Assembly: GCF_004022565.1 (NCBI RefSeq)
Contig: NZ_CP022987.1
Coordinates: forward strand, 2,496,001-2,520,000
Direction: 5' to 3'
From: Pollutimonas thiosulfatoxidans
GTDB taxonomy: Bacteria; Pseudomonadota; Gammaproteobacteria; Burkholderiales; Burkholderiaceae_B
DNA: 24,000 nucleotides
The notes below the pieces were generated by a model. It was not told the origin of the DNA and searched no databases. It saw nothing but the letters and a program-made list of their open reading frames with translations. How positions within the stretch are numbered: the first letter of the stretch is position 1; each line of letters starts with the position of its first letter. Positions 17,215 to 24,000 of this stretch are shown here, in pieces. The position numbers and the translations under genes are program-made.

Positions 17215-17247
17215 AAGCCCGGAACCAAAATTTGGCCGGGCTTTTTT
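17215..17247 (+). terminator. rho-independent terminator acting as the trp attenuator
   Basis: GCCCGG (17217-22) pairs with CCGGGC (17236-41), and the inner CCAAA with TTTGG. A TTTTTT run follows at 17242-47. It lies between the leader ORF and the trpE start. Confidence 0.75.
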
Positions 17248-17288
17248 GATTCCTGTCCCGGCCTGTATGCACCCCAACAGAGAAGACC

Positions 17289-18809
17289 ATGACAGAAATC
17301 GAATTCAACGCGCTCGCGGCGCAGGGTTACAACCGCATACCGCTCATTGCGGAAACCTATGCAGACCTGGACACACCGCTGGCCATCTACCTGAAGCTTG
17401 CACATAGTGGCCCCGAAGGCGGCCGCAACAGCTGCTTGCTGGAGTCGGTGGTCGGTGGCGAACGCTTCGGACGCTATTCCTTCATCGGCCTGCCTGCCAA
17501 GACTGTCATACGATCCAGCGGGCAATTGACCGAGGTGGTGCACCAGGGGCAGGTTGTCGAGTCGCACGAAGGCGACCCGCTGGCCTTCATCGAGGCCTAC
17601 CAGGCCCGCTTCAAGGTGGCCTTGCGCCCCGGCATGCCACGATTCGCGGGCGGATTGGCCGGCTATTTCGGCTACGACACCGTCAGGCACATCGAACCGC
17701 GTCTGGGCGCGGCTACCAAGCCCTTCCCTGCCGGCCAGGACGAGGGCACGCCGGACATCATGCTGCTGCATATCGATGAACTGGTCATCGTCGACAACCT
17801 GGCTGGCCGCACCTATTTGATCGTCTACGCCGATCCGTCGCAACCCGAAGCCTTTGCCCTTGCGCGACGCCGCTTGAAGATCCTGCGCGAGAAGCTGCGT
17901 ACGCCTGTCGTGATTCCCTATGCCTACGCCAGCATGCAAACGGAAAGCCGGCGCGACTTCGCCAAGAAGGACTACATAGACGCGGTCCTGAAAGCCAAGG
18001 AATACATCGCCGCCGGCGATCTCATGCAAGTGCAGGTCGGCCAGGTCATCGCCAAGCCGTTTCGCGATTCGCCCTTGTCGCTGTACCGCTCGCTGCGTTC
18101 GCTGAACCCATCCCCCTACATGTATTTCTGGAATTTCGATGACTTCCAGGTGGTGGGGTCCTCGCCCGAAATTCTCGTCAGGCAGGAAATCATCAACGAA
18201 GCAGACCGCGAAAAGACCATGGTAACGATCCGTCCGCTGGCCGGCACGCGCAAACGCGGCGCAACCCCCGAGGAAGACCTGCAACTGGCCGAAGAGCTGC
18301 TGGCCGATCCGAAAGAGCGCGCCGAACACGTCATGCTGATCGACCTGGCGCGCAACGACGTAGGCCGGGTGGCCAAGACTGGCACCGTGCAGGTTACCGA
18401 TACCATGACCATAGAGCGCTACTCGCACGTCATGCATCTGGTGTCCAACGTATCGGGCCAATTGCATGATGGCATGAGCAATATGGACGTACTGCGCGCC
18501 GCCTTTCCGGCGGGCACGCTTACCGGCGCGCCCAAGGTGCGCGCCATGGAGATCATCGACGAGCTCGAACCCGTGCGGCGCGGCATCTATGGCGGTGCGG
18601 CGGGTTACCTGAGCTACGGCGGCGAGATGGACGTCGCCATTGCCATACGCACCGGCATCATCAAGGACGGCATGCTTTACGTACAAGCGGCCGCCGGCAT
18701 CGTGGCTGATTCGGATCCCGAAAAAGAATGGCAGGAAACAGAGGCCAAGGCACGCGCCGTACTGCGCGCCGCCGAACAAGTCCAGTTTGGACTGGACGAA
18801 CCCATTTAA
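17289..18809 (+). CDS. trpE: anthranilate synthase component I
   Basis: TrpE features: [16 protein letters not shown] (Trp feedback site region), [23 protein letters not shown], and AIRT. Confidence 0.93.
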   Translation: MTEIEFNALAAQGYNRIPLIAETYADLDTPLAIYLKLAHSGPEGGRNSCLLESVVGGERFGRYSFIGLPAKTVIRSSGQLTEVVHQGQVVESHEGDPLAFIEAYQARFKVALRPGMPRFAGGLAGYFGYDTVRHIEPRLGAATKPFPAGQDEGTPDIMLLHIDELVIVDNLAGRTYLIVYADPSQPEAFALARRRLKILREKLRTPVVIPYAYASMQTESRRDFAKKDYIDAVLKAKEYIAAGDLMQVQVGQVIAKPFRDSPLSLYRSLRSLNPSPYMYFWNFDDFQVVGSSPEILVRQEIINEADREKTMVTIRPLAGTRKRGATPEEDLQLAEELLADPKERAEHVMLIDLARNDVGRVAKTGTVQVTDTMTIERYSHVMHLVSNVSGQLHDGMSNMDVLRAAFPAGTLTGAPKVRAMEIIDELEPVRRGIYGGAAGYLSYGGEMDVAIAIRTGIIKDGMLYVQAAAGIVADSDPEKEWQETEAKARAVLRAAEQVQFGLDEPI

Positions 18810-18831
18810 TGCATGCCTCTGGAGAATTCAC

Positions 18832-19398
18832 ATGTTATTGATGCTCGATAACTACGACTCGTTTACCTATAACCTGGTGCAGTATTTTGGCGAACTGGGT
18901 GAAGACGTTCGGGTGCTGCGCAACGATCAGACCACGGTGGCTGAAATTGCCGACTTGAAACCGGCGCGCATCTGCGTCTCGCCCGGCCCTTGCTCGCCCG
19001 CAGAGGCCGGCATATCGGTAGAGTTGATCAAGCACTTCGCCGGCACGCTGCCGATTCTGGGCGTGTGCCTGGGGCATCAGGCCATCGGCGCAGCCTTTGG
19101 CGGCAATGTCGTGCGCGCGCGCGAACTGATGCATGGCAAGGTGTCGCCGATTACCCATACCGGTACCGACCTCTTTACCGGCCTGCCGTCGCCGTACACC
19201 GTGACGCGCTATCACTCGCTGGCGGTAGAGCGCGACACGCTGCCCGACTGCCTGGAAGTTACTGCGCAGACCGAGGACGGCGAAATCATGGGCTTGCGTC
19301 ACAAGACCCTGCCCGTTTATGGCGTGCAGTTCCATCCCGAATCCATCCTCAGCGAGCACGGACATGCCCTGCTCAAGAATTTCCTGGACATCTCATAA
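18832..19398 (+). CDS. trpG: anthranilate synthase component II (glutamine amidotransferase)
   Basis: [19 protein letters not shown], catalytic GVCLGHQ, and HPES. GGAGAA lies 5 nt upstream of ATG at 18832. The ORF-track start at 18640 overlaps trpE and was rejected. Confidence 0.92.
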   Translation: MLLMLDNYDSFTYNLVQYFGELGEDVRVLRNDQTTVAEIADLKPARICVSPGPCSPAEAGISVELIKHFAGTLPILGVCLGHQAIGAAFGGNVVRARELMHGKVSPITHTGTDLFTGLPSPYTVTRYHSLAVERDTLPDCLEVTAQTEDGEIMGLRHKTLPVYGVQFHPESILSEHGHALLKNFLDIS

Positions 19399-19436
19399 CA
19401 ACAAACCCACTGACGGAACCCCGACCATGACCATCA

Positions 19437-20458
19437 CCCCCAACGAAGCCCTTCTGCGCTGCATCGAGCATCGCGAGATTTTCCATGACGAAATGCTGCA
19501 CCTGATGCGCATGCTGATGCGCGGCGAGATGACTCCCCAGATTGCCAGCGCCCTGATCATGGGTTTGCGCGTCAAGAAAGAAACCGTAGGAGAAATCACC
19601 GCCGCAGCCGAGGTGATGCGCGAGTTTGCATTGCCGGTGCACACCGCCTGCGCGGGCGATCTGCTCGATATGTGCGGCACCGGGGGCGACGGCTCCAACA
19701 CCTTCAATATTTCCACTGCGGCAATGTTCGTTGCGGCGGCCCAGGGCGTCAAGATCGCCAAGCACGGCAACCGCAGTGCCTCGTCTTCATCCGGCAGCGC
19801 CGACGTACTGGAGGAATTGGGCGCCAACGTCATGGTTAGTCCTGAGCAGGTAGCCGAGAGCATCGAACGTATCGGCATCGGCTTCATGTTTGCGCCCGCT
19901 CATCATGGCGCCATGAAGAACGTGGCGGCCGTGCGCAAAGAGCTTGCCGTACGCACGATTTTCAATATCCTCGGACCCTTGACCAACCCGGCCGGGGCGG
20001 CTAACCAGTTGATGGGCGTGTTCCACCCTGACCTGGTCGGCATACAAGTTCGTGTATTGCAACGGCTGGGCTCGCGGCACGTGCTGATCGTGCATGGCAA
20101 GGACGGCATGGACGAGGCGTCACTGGGCGCAGCCACGCTGGTCGGCGAGCTGAAAGACGGCCAGGTGCGCGAATATGAGATTCACCCGGAAGACTTTGGC
20201 ATGCCCATGGTGTCGAACCGCTCCATCAAGGTTGGCAACCGCACTGAGTCGGCACAAATGCTGCTGCAGGCGCTCGACAACGTGGCCGGACCGGCTCGTG
20301 ATATCGTTGGCTTTAACGCCGGCCTGGCGATTTACGCGGGCAACCAGGCCGACTCCATCGAGCATGGCCTGAAACTTGCTTTCGAGGCGATTGCCAGCGG
20401 TGCAGCGCGCGCCAAGCTCGATGAATTCTGCACTTACACCCGGACACTTAGCGCATGA
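19437..20458 (+). CDS. trpD: anthranilate phosphoribosyltransferase
   Basis: Motifs [32 protein letters not shown], and [11 protein letters not shown] trimmed the ORF-track start at 19319 to MTITPNEAL at 19437. Confidence 0.92.
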
Positions 20459-21249
20459 ACGACATTCTCGCCAACATACTTGAAACCAAAAAAATAGAGG
20501 TCGCCACCGCGCGCCAGATGCGCAGCGAATCCGATGTGCTGCGCGAGGCAAAAAGCCGCAAGGATTTACGCGGCTTCGCCCTGGCGATCGAAGAAAAAAT
20601 CGCCCAGGGCAAACCTGCCGTTATTGCAGAGATTAAAAAAGCTTCGCCTTCCCGCGGCGTCATACGCGAAAACTTCAACCCTGTCGATATCGCCACCTCG
20701 TATGCCGCCCATGGCGCAGCCTGCCTGTCGGTACTGACGGACGTCAAGTTCTTCCAGGGGTCTTACGATTACTTGCGCCAGGCCCGCGCAGCCTGTGCAC
20801 TGCCCGTCTTGCGCAAGGACTTCATGATCGATCCCTACCAGATCGCCCACGCCAGGGCACTGGGCGCCGACTGCATATTGCTGATCGTCGCGGCACTGAC
20901 ACCGCAGCAATTGCGCGAGTTCGAGACCGCGGCCATGGAGTTGGGCATGGATGTACTGGTAGAAGTGCACGACAGGGCCGAACTGGATACGGCGCTGCAG
21001 TTGCAGACCTCTTTAATCGGCATCAATAACCGCAATCTGCGCAGCTTCGAAACATCGCTGAAAACGTCCTTGGACCTGCTCGCGGCCGTGCCCGAAGGCA
21101 AGCGCGTGATTACGGAAAGCGGTATTTTGACCACCGAAGACGTCAAACTGATGCGCGACCACGACATCCAGGCCTTCCTGGTCGGAGAAGCCTTCATGCG
21201 CGCGCCTGAACCGGGCGTGGCCATGCACGAACTCTTCTTTGCGGCATGA
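20455..21249 (+). CDS. trpC: indole-3-glycerol phosphate synthase
   Basis: Motifs [26 protein letters not shown], and GINNRNL. ATGA overlap with trpD. Confidence 0.92.
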   Translation: MNDILANILETKKIEVATARQMRSESDVLREAKSRKDLRGFALAIEEKIAQGKPAVIAEIKKASPSRGVIRENFNPVDIATSYAAHGAACLSVLTDVKFFQGSYDYLRQARAACALPVLRKDFMIDPYQIAHARALGADCILLIVAALTPQQLREFETAAMELGMDVLVEVHDRAELDTALQLQTSLIGINNRNLRSFETSLKTSLDLLAAVPEGKRVITESGILTTEDVKLMRDHDIQAFLVGEAFMRAPEPGVAMHELFFAA

Positions 21250-21698
21250 CGACGCTTGCCAACTGCCCGCTATGCCAGAGCAACGCTGAAGACGTCCTGT
21301 GGCGCAGCAGCCAGTTGCGCGTTATTGCGGTAAACGATAGCGATCACCCGGGGTTCACGCGAGTAATCTGGAACGGCCATGTGTCTGAAATGACCGAGCT
21401 CGGCCCGCAGCAACGCCACGAGCTCATGCAGGCCGTCTGGGCTGTTGAACGGGTGCAGCGCCAGATCCTTCAGCCCGACAAGGTGAACCTTGCCGCACTG
21501 GGCAACGTCGTGCCCCACCTGCACTGGCACGTCATTCCGCGGTGGATGGTCGACACGCACTTTCCGGAACCGATCTGGGCGGCGCCACCCTCGCGCACTG
21601 TGGCGGACCAGCAGGCGTGGCAAGAGCGGCGCGCTGCGATCAGTGCGCAATTAGCAGCGTATCGTGACGCCTTGCAAGCCGCCTTGGCGGTCTTGTAG
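21246..21698 (+). CDS. HIT-family nucleotide hydrolase/transferase
   Basis: Histidine triad in [11 protein letters not shown] and an N-terminal CPLC zinc-like motif. ATGA overlap with trpC. Confidence 0.85.
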   Translation: MTTLANCPLCQSNAEDVLWRSSQLRVIAVNDSDHPGFTRVIWNGHVSEMTELGPQQRHELMQAVWAVERVQRQILQPDKVNLAALGNVVPHLHWHVIPRWMVDTHFPEPIWAAPPSRTVADQQAWQERRAAISAQLAAYRDALQAALAVL

Positions 21699-21708
21699 CG
21701 AGACTGCC

Positions 21709-22461
21709 ATGGCGCAACGTAATCTGTTCGAAACGGCTCAGAACACGCTCGAAGAGCCGCTGGATGTGCATGTAAGCAGGCTAAGCTCTGCCTGGGCCGC
21801 GGCGCTGCAGACCCCGGCGGCCCAAGCGGCACTGAAAACCTTGCACAGCTATCTGGCAGATCGCCTTCAAGCGGGGGCGCAGATCTTCCCGCGCCACCCT
21901 TTTCGGGCACTGAGCTATATGGAGCCCGACGCAGTGCGCGTCATTATTTTGGGGCAAGACCCCTATCATGGCGCCAACCAGGCGCAGGGCCTGGCGTTTT
22001 CCGTACCCGACGCCTGCCCGCGCCCGCCCAGCTTGCGCAATATCTTCAAGGAGATAGCGCTGGAGTACCCCGGAACGCCCCTACGCCAGCGCAATGACCT
22101 GGAAGACTGGGCTCGTCAGGGGGTGCTCTTGCTTAACGCCGCCCTGACGGTCGAGGCGCAGCAACCCGGCTCACACGCCCGCAAGGGTTGGGAGCAGATT
22201 ACCGACGCGCTTATTCACCGCGTCGCCGAAACACCCCAACCGAAGGTGTTTTTGCTGTGGGGCGCCCACGCGCAAAGCAAACAAAAACTGCTGGCGGAGC
22301 ATAAGGGCGGCCCCATGCTGGTGTTGACGGCCAATCATCCCTCGCCGCTGTCAGCGCAGCGCCCGCCGGTTCCTTTCATAGGCTGCGGGCACTTCGAAAA
22401 AACCAACACCTGGCTGCAAGCACAAGGCCAAGCCACTATCGACTGGCTGCAGCCTGCCTAG
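21709..22461 (+). CDS. ung: uracil-DNA glycosylase (family 1)
   Basis: Motifs VIILGQDPYHG (catalytic water-activating loop), GVLLLNA, and HPSPLSA. ATG at 21709 is 10 nt after the HIT stop. The ORF-track GTG at 21664 overlaps the HIT gene. Confidence 0.9.
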   Translation: MAQRNLFETAQNTLEEPLDVHVSRLSSAWAAALQTPAAQAALKTLHSYLADRLQAGAQIFPRHPFRALSYMEPDAVRVIILGQDPYHGANQAQGLAFSVPDACPRPPSLRNIFKEIALEYPGTPLRQRNDLEDWARQGVLLLNAALTVEAQQPGSHARKGWEQITDALIHRVAETPQPKVFLLWGAHAQSKQKLLAEHKGGPMLVLTANHPSPLSAQRPPVPFIGCGHFEKTNTWLQAQGQATIDWLQPA

Positions 22462-22510
22462 AAAAAACCGGCTTTTACATGCCGCTCGTTGCCGCATCAC
22501 AACATAGGGG

Positions 22511-22539
22511 TTTCCCCCGACTGCGAAAACGTTTATAAT
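22511..22539 (+). promoter_or_regulatory. candidate sigma70 promoter for the DEAD-box helicase gene
   Basis: Consensus -10 TATAAT at 22534-22539. A weak -35 TTTCCC at 22511-16 with a 17-nt spacer. This implies a leader of roughly 245 nt. Confidence 0.4.
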
Positions 22540-22690
22540 TTGCGCACTGCATTTTTCACGCGTCGACATTTTCAAGGCAGCATTCGTTGCCCCATAGCAG
22601 TTGTCTGATTTTCTCAGCACCCATGTCGAACACCATCGCTCCCTGACCCCCGAGCCTTTCGCCGCGTCTTTAAGACTACGCTGCACTTTA

Positions 22691-22723
22691 GGTTGATTGG
22701 TCGGCACGATGCTCCAATCAACC
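22691..22723 (+). promoter_or_regulatory. stable hairpin in the helicase 5' leader
   Basis: Perfect 10-bp stem: GGTTGATTGG (22691-22700) pairs with CCAATCAACC (22714-22723). The loop is 13 nt. It lies about 65 nt upstream of the start codon. Confidence 0.6.
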
Positions 22724-22788
22724 AGCGCTCCGGGCTCACTATCAATGCCCCCGCTATGTGTATGCCGTTACCACGGCAAAGGATACTC

Positions 22789-24000
22789 ATGTCTTTCGAA
22801 ACTTTAGGTCTCGTGCCTGCCCTGTTGTCTGCCGTCCTGAAATCCGGCTTTACCGAGCCCACTTCAGTCCAGGCAGCGGCCATCCCCAAGGCCCTGGCAG
22901 GCCAGGATCTGATGGTCTCTTCGCAAACCGGCAGCGGCAAAACCGCAGCCTTCATGCTTCCCGCCTTGAACCGCATCTCGAACATGCCGCCCAACAAGGG
23001 CACTGGCGTGCAGGTGCTGGTATTGACCCCTACCCGCGAGCTTGCCATGCAAGTTGCGGAAGCCACCAAGCAGTACGGCGCCCATATCAAAGACCTGCGC
23101 ATTGCCGTGGTTGTTGGCGGCATGCCTTACGGCGCCCAACTGAAGGCTTTGTCGCGCCGCGTCGATGTCCTGGTTGCGACCCCCGGCCGCCTGATCGATC
23201 ACCTGCAAGCCAAGCGCGTTAATCTGTCTACCGTCCACACGCTGGTGCTGGACGAAGCTGACCGCATGCTGGACATGGGTTTCATCGAAGATATTGAAAC
23301 CATCGTTGGCAGCACGCCAAAAGACCGCCAGACCTTGCTGTTCTCGGCCACGCTGGATGGCACGATTGCGCGCCTGGCAGCAAAGATGATGCGCGATCCC
23401 CAAAAGATCGAGATGTCCAGCCAAAAAGAGAAGCACTCCAACATTACGCAAAGCCTGCTGTATGCAGACGACAACGGCCACAAGATGCGCTTGCTGGACC
23501 ACCTGCTGCGCGACGCCAACCTGGACCAGGCCATTGTCTTTACGTCCACCAAGCGTGGCGCCGACGACCTGGCTGACCGCCTGTCCGGTCAAGGCTTTGC
23601 CGCAGCCGCACTGCATGGCGACATGAACCAGCGCCAGCGTACCCGTACCCTGGGCATGCTGCAAAAAGGCCAACTGCGCATCCTGGTGGCTACCGACGTC
23701 GCCGCACGCGGTATCGACGTGCAGGGCATCAGCCACGCCGTGAACTACGACCTGCCCATGCAGGCCGAAGACTACGTGCACCGTATCGGCCGTACCGGCC
23801 GCGCGGGTCGCAGCGGCCTGGCATTCACGCTGGCCACGCATTCCGAGCGCCATAAAATACGCCGCATCGAGCACTTCATAGGCCAACCGATTCCGTCGGA
23901 AGTCATCGAAGGCCTGGAGCCCAAGAAAACGGCCCGCCCCACCTACACGGACCGCAAGCCCGGCGGCAAGAGCTTTGCTCCTCGCAGCGGCTACGGCGGC
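22789..24000 (+). CDS. DEAD-box ATP-dependent RNA helicase (RhlE-like), 3'-partial
   Basis: Absent from the ORF track because there is no stop in the window. Frame +1 from ATG at 22789 (AAGGA 5 nt upstream) is open for 404 codons to the window edge. Motifs: Q motif F.EPTSVQ, motif I SQTGSGKTAAF, PTRELA, TPGRL, VLDEADRMLDMGF, SAT, VATDVAARGID, and HRIGRTGRAG. A Gly/Arg/Lys-rich tail begins near the end. Confidence 0.93.
   Translation, partial: MSFETLGLVPALLSAVLKSGFTEPTSVQAAAIPKALAGQDLMVSSQTGSGKTAAFMLPALNRISNMPPNKGTGVQVLVLTPTRELAMQVAEATKQYGAHIKDLRIAVVVGGMPYGAQLKALSRRVDVLVATPGRLIDHLQAKRVNLSTVHTLVLDEADRMLDMGFIEDIETIVGSTPKDRQTLLFSATLDGTIARLAAKMMRDPQKIEMSSQKEKHSNITQSLLYADDNGHKMRLLDHLLRDANLDQAIVFTSTKRGADDLADRLSGQGFAAAALHGDMNQRQRTRTLGMLQKGQLRILVATDVAARGIDVQGISHAVNYDLPMQAEDYVHRIGRTGRAGRSGLAFTLATHSERHKIRRIEHFIGQPIPSEVIEGLEPKKTARPTYTDRKPGGKSFAPRSGYGG

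Noticed and set aside
17019-18779. 586-aa ORF on the minus strand covering almost all of trpE
   Set aside because: It is antisense to a gene with unmistakable TrpE motifs. The translation is low-complexity and rich in Gly, Ala, Arg, His and Gln, with no recognisable motif. This is the typical stop-codon-poor antisense frame of high-GC DNA.
22462-22480. AAAAAACCGGCTTTTAC directly after the ung stop, as a possible terminator
   Set aside because: The only possible stem is A/T pairs around a CCGGC loop. This is too weak to call an intrinsic terminator from sequence alone.
22758-23886. ORF-track entries 22758..23222 (+, 154 aa) and 22864..23886 (-, 340 aa)
   Set aside because: Both overlap the real DEAD-box helicase frame, which starts at 22789. 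They are out-of-frame and antisense respectively, and neither has a recognisable motif.

Overview
This is a high-GC window whose gene order and proteins look like Burkholderiales (Alcaligenaceae-like) core chromosome. I found no mobile-element genes, CRISPR array, rRNA or convincing tRNA.

Gene content, left to right:
- Plus strand: the 3' part of an AmiC-like amide sensor and its ANTAR antiterminator partner AmiR.
- Minus strand, tightly packed run of nine genes: IclR regulator, acyl-CoA dehydrogenase, AMP-dependent acyl-CoA ligase, Liv-type substrate-binding protein, two permeases, two ATPases, and an HI0933/BaiN-like flavoprotein.
- A 938-bp gene-free gap (10644-11581).
- Minus strand: mltA, a UbiH-family hydroxylase and dsbC (listed in transcription order), with apaG upstream of them.
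- Plus strand: rpe, gph, a candidate Trp leader peptide with attenuator, trpE-trpG-trpD-trpC, a HIT hydrolase, and ung.
- Plus strand: a DEAD-box RNA helicase that runs off the right edge. The supplied ORF track does not list it because it has no stop codon in the window.

Several ORF-track entries are over-extended at the 5' end. I trimmed these to starts supported by domain boundaries, Shine-Dalgarno (SD) sequences or stop/start coupling.

I do not see a clear new protein-encoding system. The most unusual signal is the 938-bp gap. It holds two diverged, inverted copies of a roughly 210-bp nested-palindrome element whose stems are kept by compensatory changes, and these flank a 245-bp lower-GC core with no ORF. 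Other points of interest are the trp attenuator, a 42-bp tandem repeat inside dsbC, and the structured leader of the helicase gene. All functional calls come from reading motifs by eye; no database search was possible.
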